A stretch of 63,012 bases of DNA, counting the filler, from Perkinsus chesapeaki ATCC PRA-425 (Eukaryota; Protista; Perkinsozoa), in assembly GCA_013115145.1 (NCBI GenBank). It is 9 parts of 9 records of this genome, joined end to end, with 100 filler letters (N's around TTAATTAATTAA, not from the genome) between each part and the next. Parts side by side here need not be neighbours in the genome. Positions count along the whole stretch, not along the records: positions 18,394 to 39,127 come from JAAPAO010000611.1; 8 more parts are not named here. One strand, given 5' to 3'. Positions 19,337 to 33,039 of this stretch are shown here, one piece after another. The notes under the pieces are model-generated. The model saw only the letters and a program-made list of their open reading frames with translations, made no database searches and had not been told where the DNA came from. The translations under genes were made by a program, and so were the position numbers. Positions within the stretch are counted from its first letter, which is position 1, and the number at the start of each line of letters is the position of its first letter.

Positions 19337-21252
19337 TAATAACAAGCAAACTAAACTACTCAAGGTGAAGGGCTGCTCGCTAAGTGTAGGGCAGAAGTGT
19401 GGCCCAACCTTCTAAATTACGCTCAAGAGCAGAAGTTCTTGAATGTGGAATATCCAATATATTAACAGCGATGAACGACCATCATCCATGTACAACCGAG
19501 GCAAGCTAGACGTTGTTTGTGTTGTGTTTTTGTGTTCCTTTCTGGCTCCGAACCAACTGGGTCTTTTAACAGGCGAGTAAATAATGCATTTATCAGAAGC
19601 TGTAGAGCAGTTCGTCAAAATGTCCAGCTTAGATGCTGTGTTCGGGCACATGGTCTCAATTCGGTGCTCATCAGCCTTGCCAGGCTTAACACCTCATGTT
19701 GATCTGTCCGCTATTGTTTTAGGTATATACATTGGAGTGTAGTAGTTCTACTCAATCACTTTATACCCACCTTGTTTTCATAGATGTTTCCACTGCGTCG
19801 TTTCGAAGGATGCATTTGACACCAGGATCGGCATGGCAAACAATAAATAGCCGCTGAAACTTCGGTTTTATTCCGGAGTCTTCCCTGGGGAATTGGAAGC
19901 CACCGCGTCTATAGTTTGTGTAATTTTCATTGCTTGTATTGAGGAACATTAAAGAAAGATATCCCCGAGGGTCCTTCTCAAAGCCGGTAATGTAAAGGTT
20001 GGGATAGATGACGACAATAAGAAGGTTGGCAGAAGAATATATCCTCACAATAAACGGCTCTCGATCGAACAGGGAAAATATTACTATACGATTGCGTCCC
20101 CGCATTGTATTCGATGCTTGGCTTGGACCATAAGTGAAAACTCAAATGAACCAATGCTGTTCAATGTGGTAGGTTGCGAGTGGCGCTACATTACAATAGG
20201 TTCACATGAGGTATCTAGTCAGTCTCGTAAGCCGATGAGGTTCTTCCGTTTGCACATCTCTGCGTTGCCTCACTAAGCAAAGAAGGATGACCATGAAAGA
20301 ATACTTGCCTTTTGGACGATTGCCGTAGAAAACCAGTTATTTGATCTCCGCACATTCTCTTGCATTACCGAGAAAGTATTATTGTTTCGCTCGGTTTTGT
20401 TACGGGAAGCGAGTTAACCGATATACAAGTAGTGTATGGGCAGCAGCACCACCCAACACACATTCAAAGGCTTTGAAGCACCGCCGCTGATGCTCGTAAT
20501 GATATGATTGGTGATACCGTTTGGCCAATGTATGAGATCACCAAACCAAAGCACCTTAACCTATTCACGAGAGCCTACCTACGGCCCTAATACTTGAACA
20601 ACGGCTATAGCTCAGATCGAGCAAAGCACGCGTGCGCTTCAGCACGCAGACACATAAAATGCCACAGTGGCAAAGACTGAGTAGTACTCCCAATGTTCCT
20701 TAAACCAATTCTGAGATTCAGAATCGAGTCCAGCATCACATTTTGCATGTAAACGGAGTTCTGGAATCGATTCTGAATTTCAAAATCGGTTCGTTGAACG
20801 ATCCCACTGATGGACGAGCCCACTAATGATTGTCCAGATAAGGTCCTCATTGAGGGTCGTTGATTTCGGCAGTGTAGTACACTTCGTCCACTGCCAACTG
20901 GTCCAGTGATCAACTCATCCACGGACCATCTCGTACACTGGACGAGAGGATGTGTCGACTCGTCCACCGCAGGCCACTACCGACTCATCCAGCACCGACT
21001 CGGACACCAATTTTTGGCCCCGACAGTTTCGCAATCAGTCAGCGCTCGCCCGAATAATCGATTGTATCTTGCGCCGTTTTTGGTGGTAAACTTTTTGAAA
21101 TGGCATTTGTGAGGAATAAAAAGGGGAATTGGGATGGAATATATGAACCTTCAGATGATATATTAGGGATGCTGGGAAGGCTAACTGAACCACATAATAA
21201 AGGTAACTGGTAAAATCTTTATAGCGCGTAAATTGGTATCTTAGGCGAGGGT

Positions 21253-24200
21253 TTGATTTATGATTTATCAACCGATACATTAGTCAAATTGAGAGATGAC
21301 CGTGTAGATGCCGTTGAAGAGGAAGATCCCAAACGGAAGGTTCTACGCTATATGGTAATGACGGGCGAATCCCATACCGATTTGTCCTCTGAAATTCCTC
21401 AGCCCAACCCCCCGTATGACCCAATAATTATGAGCGTGTCAAATGAAGGATATTCTATATCAACTGGAGATCGGCCAGCGCCGAAGGTATCTATGAGGTT
21501 GGAAGGGACCACGGAGGTTGGGGAAGATTCCTCCTCGTCCTCCTCAAGTGCAGCTTTGGACGACTTTTATTCCCAAAGCCCTTATGTGGTGTTGACATCG
21601 AAATTAGCTGGTAAGGTTAAAGGTGATGTGGTTATTGTATTATATGGGTAGATGAGAAACATTTGGTATTATTAAGCGAAGGAAAGGAGGAATTGGAGAA
21701 GAGAATGAACTTCTTAGTTTGTAACGGCTCAATTGAGGTATTCAACTTGACCTGTTTCGTATCTTATCAGGTAAGTCGGAAGATTTGTCTCTTCTGCAAA
21801 CAGAGGAGGCGCCACCACAGGGTGGCAAGGATAAGAAGGCTGCAGCGGTAGTCGAGGAAGTTAAGGAGGGCAAGAGTGATGTGGTAAGGCTTTCATTCGA
21901 CCGACCCGGGTTCAAATCCTTGTATTGACAAGCAAGTGAATTTTGTCTGTAGGAGATGGCGGTCGTATTCCCACGCTTCACCTTCCTTTTAACTGGCCAA
22001 TCGAAAGGAGCGAGAATAGCTGAAGATGAACAACAGTCTGAGAAGTAAGTATTGGAAGTTGATGTTGTTAGATTATGGGGTGTGTATTGTAGTTATGTGA
22101 AGGAAGTTGTAGTTGGTGGGAGATTATCGGGTAAATTAAGTAGAGGTAAACCTTATATTAGTGAAGAGGATAGGGAGAGGATGGAGGAGGAAAGGATTGC
22201 TAAGGTAGTGAAGGGGGAGGAGGCGATTGATATAACGATGCGGTGATGGTGATGATCACCATCAATGTTGTTATCGAACTATGAGGGTTTTAGTAAGCAG
22301 TTAGAGTGAGCCGTTCACGGTTTAGATCGATGATTGAGGGGTGTTGTGAGAATCTAGACATGACGCTTACATTGTGAGATTTCTTATGGATGGCATGAGA
22401 AGCATTGGATGTAGTGATGTTAGGAAAAGGAGGATAAGAAGAATAAAAAGGCAAAGGGAAAGAAGGCAGCAGCAGCAGAGCCAGTTGAGCCACCTATGAT
22501 TAAAGAGTAATGTAGCAAGGGAATTTTGTGGCACAGTGACGGTTGGTTAGGTATGCTTGGGAAGTGAGTAATGTGGGAGGTACCGCGATAGATGAGATAA
22601 TGGAGGATGCTTCTCCGGGTGAAGAGGGGAGTCCACATGCGATAGGAATGGAGGAGCTATGGGGGTATTATTGGTGGTAACAGTTGGAGGAAGTGTGGTA
22701 TCAGATATATTGATACATGGATGGAAATGTCATCGGGGGATCCTGAGACATGGGAAGCTATCTTCTTGAGGAGCGAGCCGGTAGAGAGATTGATTGAGAA
22801 GAATACGGTATGGGAGAAGTGATAGGAGATAGTAGGATGTAACTGTAGGTACAAAGAGAAGGTGGTAATAAGGCTATGGGGAGCTCGGTGGCAAGGATAA
22901 GTCTACCATGGGTAGTAAGGTAGAGATGAGTAGTTGTTAAATTGGTAGTAGTTGATGAAATGTTCCTAATTCTTGCCCATCACTATTACTCGTTCGGTGT
23001 TCCGGTAAAGTTCCTTGTTGAGAACAACCTAGTTAAGATGGTGATGTTTTGATGGTAGTTCGCATGGTTGTTGTTGTTGTTCGGTTAGGTGTTAAATGGT
23101 GGTCGAGATGAATATGATGTTATGATGGTATTAGCTGAACAATGTGGTATAGAATCATCAAGATTGAGACCAATAAGCTCTACTATTCGGGAGAATAAAA
23201 CAATTATTAATTTTAAAGTTGTATCGGATAATAAAGGTGATGAGCTAATCTATTTAAACATACTTCCGTATTGTCCGAAGCCATGCCTCTTCATCATCAT
23301 CATCATCATCATCATCAGTCAGTTAGCTCTTACACTACTTGGAGTAGATCACGTTTTTATCGCAATGAAGTGCTCATGGGCTTCCGAAACACTTTAGTAG
23401 TCGACCATACTGCATCTGTCTTCACCGGTAGGAGTAGTGGTTTGTATCTGCTCGAGTAGCTCGGTGGGCTGGGACACATTTCCTACCTCTTGAAGGACAT
23501 CAGAAGTCATTCGACAAGCGTGGACGATGTGGAGTCCAATGGTTGGTGATTTCATTTCACCATTGGCCTCCTCCTCCTCCTCGACGACTTCAAAGCGTTT
23601 TGGGTATTCGAAAGGTGTTGTATTGTTAGGGAGTAGTGAGGATGTTATAATGAGGATGGAGGATATGTTAGGAGGTGATCCAGAGAAGGATGTTATTGTT
23701 AAGGATTTTATTACGAGATTGAAGGTACGTCTACATGGACTTGTTTCATTGAGGCCTATGTTGTTTAAAATACGCAGTTGCTGTTGATGCTGATGGATGC
23801 TCTCGAATGGTATTAGTGTAGAGCTCTAACCCGTTGGTTATAAGAAGGGAGTAGTCGGGCCAACTTTGTTGAATACCCTGTAGTGAGGAAAGGCGAATTC
23901 AAACGTGCCCCGTAAAGTTGCCATATTTAATGGAAGCCTTCAGTAGCTCATCTGAGGCCTTCCATTAGATGTTGTTGCCACTTCCTTCATGGGCGTTTTG
24001 TGAAACTCAACATCAACATTTGTTTGGTTATTTCCCTTCCTCGACATGTTTGTTTAGTTACTGGATGAAGATGAAGAAGATGATGACGATACGGACACTC
24101 GGCCATCTGAGGTGGATGATGACAGTGATAGGGGAAGCAGCAAAGGAAGCAATAGCTTTTATTTTGTAGAGTCACTGCGCCACGAAATTGGTGGCATGGT

Positions 24201-26484
24201 GGATATGTTTAGGCGACGAAGTCGACATTTTCATTTATGACCCAGAACACGTTTACTCAAGCGGTTGTGGCAGCGACTGAAGTTAACGATTATTCAAAGG
24301 ATAGGATTGTAATAAAAGGGGAGGAGTGGTTAATGATACTGTTAGGGACCTTGATACTGATCTCAAAAGTTGAGTGTTAGTGAGGGAAGGCTTTCTTAGT
24401 ACCTTGTAGGGGTGATGTCGATATGGTAGGGGTAACTCAATATAAGAAGGAAGGAATCCTCACTGAAATACACACGGTGTTCTTGTTGTTATATAATTAT
24501 TAACAGTACTATGTATGTGTTATATTATTAGGTTATAACCAATATGGGTATGCTTGGTGTCCATGGGGCAGGGTTGGTGACGTGTCGTTATGGTCATGGG
24601 GTAGCAGTGAATAGTATAGATGAGCTTCGTAGGGATGTTGAACAACTTAGATTGGATGGTGATGGAGAGGATCCTCTTTGTGCAAAGTAATATACATTAA
24701 TAGTTATTAACTTGGAGGTGGTGGTGGTGGTGCCAGGTACGATGATATAAAATGGAGGAGGTGTGATTGGTGTAGAGATGAAGGAATCTTCTTCGAATAT
24801 CGTTGTACAGGTAAGTTTAGGTTTGCTGGATCTGATAGTGATGGATTTGAGGTTGCTTTGGTGTTGTTAGTGTGTGATGACCATGCATGGATATGCGGCA
24901 TATGCTCGATAGGCCAGCTAGTAGTGTGTCCGACAAAGCACTGTACTTGTGGTGTGGAGGCCTGTATTGATGAACAGTAATAATAGAGGAAGGGTTAATA
25001 ATGGAAGGGTTGATAGCTTGTCATCTTAGCTTCATACCATGTGAGGGTTGTGGTATAAAAGGTAGGAGGATCAGTATTGAATGTGCGTTTGGTGGACATT
25101 ATCGCAGACGGTTGTGTTCGGACTGTATTGGAAGGTAATAGGAGGGAGAGGAAGGTTACTGTTACTACCACTGAGGTTAATAATGGAATCATTGGGTATT
25201 CTTTATTGTGATAGTCTCATAAAGTAAGATTGCAAATTAATGGTTATCCGAGTAGATGATTAGTTTGACCAGCTCTAAGTGCTGAGCTGCAAGTGCTCTT
25301 GTATGGTCCCTTTATAGATAAACAGGTTATAGTGGTTGTTCTCAATAGAATAATAATATTATATAGAGCTAGGTTGTTATATAAGCAGTTGTTGTTGTAT
25401 CTTCATCATCATCCTATATAAGCTTGTTACATTAATGATATCAAAGACATGACGCTCATTTGGTGGCTGAGCCGAATCAAGGAGTAGTCTTCTGTTGATA
25501 GGGAACTATACGGGACATTGCTGTCCACCTCCGAGCCAATATATGCAGCTTCATTCGATATTCCACCACAGGTGGGGGTAGTACAACACATCCGAGGTAG
25601 GAACGGATAGGTGGAGGGAGGACAGGCAGCAGGCAGATTGGCAGGTTTCAAAGGGGTGACTGCGCTGGAGGCATACAGCTCATCGGCAGCAGTGAACTGT
25701 CTGGCTGTTGGCTTTACTTTGACTATAAGGAATGTAAGCTGTTGGTGGAGGGGAAAGGGGGCGCGGAAGGGTTTATTAGATGTCTGAGAGTAAATGGATG
25801 GATGAAAGGTTGAGGAATCCGCGGGCAGTAGGGCAGACGATACTGTATGAGACGGCAGTAAAGGAGGATTTAATGACGTTGTTGCATGTGTTGCCGAGGC
25901 AGCTGTCTATTATAGGGTAATTAGAGGAGAGAGCGGTATGAGATTTCAGGGGTGTTGTAGGCAAAAGTTCTTGCCGGAGGTGAACTGTGTGCAGTTGAAT
26001 ATGTATCTTCATCGAAGTGTGGAGAATATAGAGGTGGGTTCGGTAGATGGGTGAAATCGATCAAGCGATCGATTTAGATGTGCCCGTACGCGTTAGTGCT
26101 TGACTTGTCGAGAATGGCCCGGGTGTGGAAGCAACGATTGATGCTATCCGCTGCTGGTGATGGTGAGGTTGAGGAGGAAGAGAAGCCCACCGAGGTGAGG
26201 TGCGGGAGTGCGCGAGTGTGGTATTGGTTCGGCAGGATGAGACGGCACCAGGCAGCCCGTCGAAGCTAACGAGGTTGGCTAGAGCGTTAATGAAGGGACC
26301 ATTGACTAAGAAACAAGGAGGGCTGATGGTTATGGATAAGCATTTCGCTGTTGATGATGAGGGAGGAGATGATGCATCCATACCATCACCGATAATAGTA
26401 GGGTTGTTATTGGAGGGTTTAAGATTGCAGGGTTTGGTAATCAGATTGATGAGATTATTGCAGTTAGTGTACATGATATATTGA
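21253..26484 (+). CDS. Two or more hypothetical multi-exon genes (not resolved)
   Basis: Chain of open exon-like segments with GT/AG flanks, e.g. QTEEAPPQGGKDKKAAAVVEEVKEGK, EMAVVFPRFTFLL, Cys-rich CDWCRDEG..C and CDDHAWICGIC, MSESKWMDERLRNP. No family recognised; boundaries approximate. Confidence 0.4.
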
Positions 26485-27143
26485 GTAGTGATAAAGAGGA
26501 GGGAGAGGGGGAGGAGGAGGTAATAGAGAATGATAATAGAAGGGATGGTATAAAGGAGGCTATAAGAGAGGACTATATGAGAGGTAGTAATGGTGGATAG
26601 TAGATGGATGGGGCTAGATGACTGCTCATCCGCATTATCACATTGTTATTACATGCTCTTACAGTACGATGGGGTTGCTATCTCTGAGTAAATTGTGTGG
26701 TTGTTCTGGAAAGGGTAGGTCTCTGTAAATATTAAAGCTGAGATGTTGTTAAACGATATTCTTATATAAACAACTTTTGCCTTGTCATTTCCGCTCGAGC
26801 ATCCTTGAGCGTCGGTATCATAGCCACCACCACCACCAGCAGCAGCATTGAGCAGTTGTATTCAGGATGTATTAGTTGGTTATCTAAAATGAAGTGTATG
26901 GAGTCTAGACGTAACTCATCAATAAGGACATCATCAATTGATATGGATGTGGGCCGCCAAGGAGGAGGAGGAGTCGTTGCTGCCTTGATGGGAGGGAAGC
27001 TTGAAGGAGTGTAGGTTAATTGTTATTGTTGTTACCATACATCCTTACATGGTGTTGCACTAATAAGTTCTTGTTGTCCGTATTGCTGTTGTTGGATTTG
27101 TGTTGTTACTGGTTAAGGTTGATGTCTTAGCTTAGCTCGGTTA

Positions 27144-29014
27144 ATGACATCATCATCATCAGCATTGCCGACAGCAGAGGAGGATGTGGTTAATGAAGAT
27201 CTCCCTACCAACGACCCACAGGAATTAATGTAGAGTTGGGGTGGTGATGGTCTGGGTAGGGTTGATAGGCAACTGGCGAGGCTAGCAAGGGAGAAGGGTG
27301 ATTTGGATAGAGCTTGTAATCTGTTGGGAGATGCATGTGAGATAACATGTAGAAGAGAAGGAACGGATACATGCAAGGAGATGGCTGAAGTGTTGTTTGA
27401 GTTCGGGTAGTAGTAGTAGTAGTGGGGATGGTGATGGAGGGGATGAGTTTGATAAGTTAGTGATTGTTTGTTGGCAAAAGAGGAGGACTCATTGGATGTA
27501 TTTAATAATAATGATGGGGAGAATGGTGGTAATATGGATAATGTATTAGAAGGTAATAAGGTGGTAGCTGGCTTACGAATGACACCTATGAGATGTATGT
27601 TAAATAGTATTGATTATTGCGGTGGAATGTGATGATGTTATAGTAAGCAGCATGAAGGAAGCTACTTGCATAGTTGATAATATTAAATTATCTACTGTTT
27701 TACGATATCAGCAGTAGTCGAGTGTGGGTGATGTTTAGGATCATCATCTTCAAAGAGTGCAATGGACCGTCTACAGGAGGCAGTTGATATAGTGAAAGCA
27801 GCTAAGGAAAAGGAGTTGCAAGGAGGGGATGATGGTAATGCTTTTTGGAGGAATTGTCGGTATGGGGATGTCTTATAGGAGGAGCTGACGCTGAGTCTGA
27901 TGTGGAGGATCTTCAACTGGCTTGGGAGAATCTTGAGCAATGTCGTAACTGTTTGGAGCTGTTTAGTGATGATGAGATGCCATGGAGCTTGGCCAGGTGA
28001 CTGCTGCTGCTGCTGCTATTTGTTCTATTCTTATTGGTAGACGATGCCACAGTAGGCTGGGGGACTTCCTGCAGTTGCAAGAAAGATATCCTCAGGCATG
28101 TGAGGAGTTTGAAAAGGTAAGGAAGGGAATACAGTCTTATTGACGAAAATCATAGACACTCGTAACAGCTTCTCCGATGCTTAATGTACCAATGTGGCTG
28201 AGATACTTATATGTGGTGCGGTGGCGGGCGGGGGTGGGGGTTTGGTTGAATGATGGCCATTCAATGGTCTATTAGTGGCAATAGTATTTTTGGTAGGCGC
28301 TGGAGGTATGTGATAAGGAGAAGCCATCTGTAGGGGGAAAAGATAGAGCTATTGTAGGTGAATGTAGGACAGGATGGTGGTGGTGATGTTGATAAGATAC
28401 TATTGAGGTTGGGTGAATGTCAAAGGGAGAGCGATAAGGATAAGGGTAGGATGACTTTAAATAAGGCAAAGGAGATGTTGGAGGAGATAAAGGAGGATAA
28501 GAGGGATGAGGAGACTGATAATGTAAGAATATAGTTTTAAAATCGTTCGTATCGAGTTAGCGTTTATTCGCTAAGTCGTCGAACTTTGGGCATTATTAGT
28601 TCAGCGGCCCTGTTTTTGAGAATACTTACCCTCCGGAAATTTGATAAACCTCGGCCGGTCGTTACGATGCACCTCCACGTTGTATTCAGCATGGAAGCAT
28701 GTTTCAGGTTTTATCGGCAATTAAGGAAGCTTTGGAGGATGACAAGACATCAGCTGCAACAGCAGCCAGAGGAGCAGGAGGTGGTGAAGAGGTTAATATT
28801 ATTAAACGTTTGATGGCCTCCGCCTCCTCTACTGGAGGGGTTGTTGGAGCATCTTCGACATCAGCTATCTTTGATAAGGCTACGCTCAGCTCAACATCGA
28901 AGGTGATGATGGGAGAAGGTACCATGGGATGCGTTGTGGCAGGTAATCGATTTTGGGGTTGTTAAGTCGAAAAAGAGGAGAAGGTCGGAGGTGGATAACC
29001 ACCCAGTGGAATAA
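27144..29014 (+). CDS. NASP: NASP/Sim3-like histone chaperone (SHNi-TPR)
   Basis: Exons: REKGDLDRACNLLGDACEI, CKEMAEVLFEFG, ESDVEDLQLAWENLEQCR, CHSRLGDFLQLQERYPQACEEFEK, and a C-terminal basic NLS KSKKRRR; internal exons partly uncertain. Confidence 0.75.
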
Positions 29015-29163
29015 TGACGATGAGCTAATTTGATATTATTATTCTCAACAACAACAGTGCACGCCGCCGCCACCGCCGCTTCATCATCAATGTAGTGTGA
29101 GTGTTGAGTTGAGGAAGAGGGAAGGATATATTGAATGATGATGTATGTAGAATTTCTTGTTAA

Positions 29164-31591
29164 ATGGCGGACAACGATTGGAAATATAAAATCAATCGTA
29201 AGTTTTAGTCACGATCATGGATCACACTATGGTGGATGGTGTGGAGGGGTGTGTAGATAGTTGTTGTTGTTGTTGTTGTTGTTAACAAAAACACTCGCCT
29301 CCTCCTCGTGTATAGTTGTTATCGTCCTAAAGTCGAGGTTGCTAATAATACATTATTACCTTTGTACAATTATAACTTGTCATCTTACAAGTGGCCAAGT
29401 GGCTGTGTACTTTTCAAACCCATTTGATAGACATTTCACGCCTCCACTAGAAGGCAGTGGCCTCGTGGGACTGCTGCTGTGTGAAACAAACCGTTATACG
29501 AATGATGGTATTGTTTACGATACTCTAACACTTTCACAATAGTGTATGTTCTTATTCGTAGAATTGGAAAACTTACACTGAAAAAACCACTTTGCGCAAG
29601 GCGGTGATGATATCATTTTATCTTCCTATTCAACTGTATTGGTAGAATACAGCCGTGATGGTGATGATGCCGTTGTTAGAGTTGGGGGCGCATATAGCTG
29701 ACATTGAACAGAAGCATATGGCAGAGATGCGACGACAGGATAGGGAAATACAATCATTAAAGGATAGGATAGATGGTAGGGATTAAAGGGGCGAAGGGAG
29801 GGGGGATGGTTATTAGCATTACGATTGGAGAACGAGCATTTAACGATGCAAGTGGGTGTAGCAGAGGCGGCAAGTGATCCATTGGCAAGAAGGGTTGAAT
29901 GGACTATTACAGGTGAATAGGAAATGGAGGGCCTGGGAATCGAACCTGGGTGGTGTTATAGGCATACGAGAGCAATTGAAGGCTTGCCCTAAGAACGTTA
30001 GTATTTGGAGTCCGGAGGTGCGGCAGATGGATGCATGCAGGGCGGCGGCTATTTTGTGATCAGTTCTCGGCGTGTGGTATCCGAAATATGCAATTAGAGT
30101 TCTTCCCACAAGGAAGGGAGACTGCGACGCTGGAAGGCTTTTGCTCGGTCTTCTTTTGGTGCCCGGAGGGAACAAATATTAAGTATCAGCTGTTTGTGGG
30201 GAATCATTACAGGTTAGTTAAGTGAGCTGAAGAGTATCTTGAGGTTCATGCGTGCTTAGAGCACCTGATGAAGATTCCTATGATTCCCGTATGGGCCATG
30301 GCCATTCTAACTTTTGCTTTCTCGAAGCCGAGATTGACCAAGTATCCGACAGGTAGGTTCAACAGCATACATATTACAACTTACTACTCGCTACTGCCGT
30401 ATGCATTATTTATCGTATATTGTCAATATAATCCTCCATATTGGTAATGAATATACAGTTCAACTACTAACCATAGCGGTCGTATTTGCATGACGATCGA
30501 TGGTAGGAGACATGTCGATGGAGGTTCAAATTGACTCCGTGTATTTCCATTTAAAAGTCGAATTCCGGAATACAATAATAAAGGATAGAATTCAATTAAT
30601 GGATGAGCCGTTTCGTATTACTGCCTCCCCCTTGCTGCTGCATTGATATGTATTTTAGTATTACAGTTGGAGTTGCTATACTAGACGTGTCGAGGGTGTA
30701 TGAGATGGGAAGGGGGGAAGTAAAGGTAAGAAGAAGAAGAAGTTACCGTGATCATGTTATCAGTAATGCTACTACTCCTTTTAGATCCACCGCTCTTCAT
30801 TAAACACTCTTATGTGTCGTGCGGTGTCGGTGGTTGAAAACCGTGACGTGACGCTGGTAGAGTGGAAGATTGATAAGATTACCCGCAAGCTCGCGGTAAC
30901 GCCACGTGGGGCAAGCCTGTATAGCCCGATATTCACGGCGGCTGGTAATGAAAAGGGTAACTGCTGAAATCGATCACGTGATCGATATGTAGGTATCCGG
31001 GACATGTTGCTTGAATTCTACCCGTCCGGCAACGCCAATACGAGGAAGGTGAGCTGTAATGGCTCTGCTGATGCTGTGAATGTGAGTGTGTTTTAGGATG
31101 GCTATTGCAGTCTGTATTTAAGATGTCCAGAGGGTACACAGATAGTTGTTACGTTAATTGTGGGGACATATAAGAAAGGGCCGATAATGGCGAAGGTAAG
31201 AAGAAGAATACTAATAAGGGAGGGTCAGCATCCTTGTGTACAATCAAAGTGTTATATTTGAAGCCCGTGTTGGCAGTAATAATTAAATCTCTCCTACACG
31301 TTATAGAAGAACTCCCATGCTACTTCGGCTATAGGGGCCCTACCTTCACGAATTGGTTATTCGGGTTTGTGCATAATGGGTAGATGTGGCATTAGATCTC
31401 CGGTCTTGTGGTCATTGGTTTCCAATCAGTTCGACGGATCGGCTGGTAAAGGGCTACCGGAGTTCTGTGAGCTAACCGATCAAATTAATAAGGATGATGA
31501 TACTATAACTGTTGGACTTGAGCTTAAGAATGCTGCCCCTGGATTTGAAGGCAGCAAGAAGACTGTTCTTAGGCTTGAAAATAGTAGATAG
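29164..31591 (+). CDS. Protein with two MATH/TRAF-like domains
   Basis: RVEWTI..ACPKNVSIWSPEFSACGIRNMQLEFFPQG..GFCSVFFWCPEG..GHGHSNFC, and a second copy LVEWKI..TPRGASLYSPIFTAAGIRDMLLEFYPSG..GYCSLYLRCPEG..GLPEFC; stop at 31591. Confidence 0.75.
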
Positions 31592-31769
31592 TTAGTATTA
31601 TTCAATTGGATCCATAATGCTCCATCTATCATGCACTTATAAATGCGAACTTGAGTTGTGGGGAGGGAGGGACACTGAGTTTGTGTCGGAGCGGTTGTGA
31701 TCTACCGGCACTTGGTTGATTGTCATAATCGGGGAAGCCTTCTGTCCTCCATATGTCTTTAAGATAGTC

Positions 31770-32669
31770 CATTCAGCTCCTCCAAGCTGATAATTTGACA
31801 GTACATTATTGTATGGCTTCGGCAACCAATAGGAAACACCAGCAGCAGCAGCAGCAAAAGCGCTTCAGCGGTCTGGCGGTTGACGGTGGGATGGTGAGTT
31901 GTATTACACTATGGGTATTATCTTTGATTCTGTTATTAGCAGCCACCTAGCGAATTTGATGATATCTATACCATGCATGATGCCCTAGTTGAGAGGACAT
32001 ATCCTATAATTCGTGGATTCATCAGTGGCAGAATACCGGTAAGGGTGGCGGCAGTGGTCATTATGCCTCCAAACGCCGCGGTGTGTTTAGCCCTGGTCGT
32101 TTGCTGATCGCCTTCGCGATGTTGGTGTCCCAGAGTGCATATTCGCTACACACGATTTTCAAACACTTCTCCAACGAGAGCTCGAAGTTGACAGCCTTCC
32201 ATTCAACGAGGTTAGGTTGGTTATTAAGGGTTTGATCAACCAGTACAGACTTGGACGATATCGAGCACGCCATGGTGATCGATTAGATGACAGGATAGAT
32301 GAGGGCACCTCTACTGATGGAATATTGAATAGTCGAGTGAAGCCACAGCAGCAAAGGCCACCGAGGCTCGAGGACAGCGGTGTGCAAACTGATGATCGTG
32401 ATGAGGATGCCGTCCACCACGGTAGACATGAATGCAGATTATCACCGGCGCAGAGGTGCGAATATCTACCACTGGATGAAAGGAGACTGTTCCTTAGAGG
32501 GGACATACAGAAGGAGACGTCATCTTCACCGTCACCACCGGCGGCTGCTGCTGCTGTGAGTGGAGGGTATGAAACTTGGTCACAGTCTAGAGCTCAGCGG
32601 ATTCGTGATGAAGGCACTGCAGCTGCGAGAGATATGCGCCGTGATGGCGGAGTTGATGTTATTTATTGA
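31770..32669 (+). CDS. Hypothetical multi-exon protein with one hydrophobic segment
   Basis: Open exons SIQLLQADNLTVHYC.., PPSEFDDIYTMHDAL.., GRLLIAFAMLVSQSAYSL.., then ORF 32217-32669; no family recognised. Confidence 0.35.
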
Positions 32670-33039
32670 GCATTATTTATATCATATTAATAGAGCAGCC
32701 ATCATTAAGTCTGCAGACGAGAAAGAGGAGGAGGTGGAAAGTTACATTAGTTGATGATGATAATATCATTGTATTGTCAATTGCTTCATATTAGAAGACG
32801 ATATGACAATGAATATTAGAGTGGAGTTGAGTAGTTAATTAAATGATAGCAAGGAGACAGAAGAGTGTTACAAGATACGGTATACAGGTGTTGCACTATT
32901 AAATAATGCAGTATACTTTAAAAACGGAAACATTATTACAGATCGATAATCAATTGAATCGATTACCTCGATTACATTGAATTAGTAAAATCGAACTACA
33001 GGTTAATAATACGGATAATGATGCATCAATTGATAAGAT

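Noticed and set aside
19400-21200. Short ORFs and small hairpins between the MFS gene and the next cluster
   Set aside because: No recognisable motifs or consistent exon chain; left unannotated.
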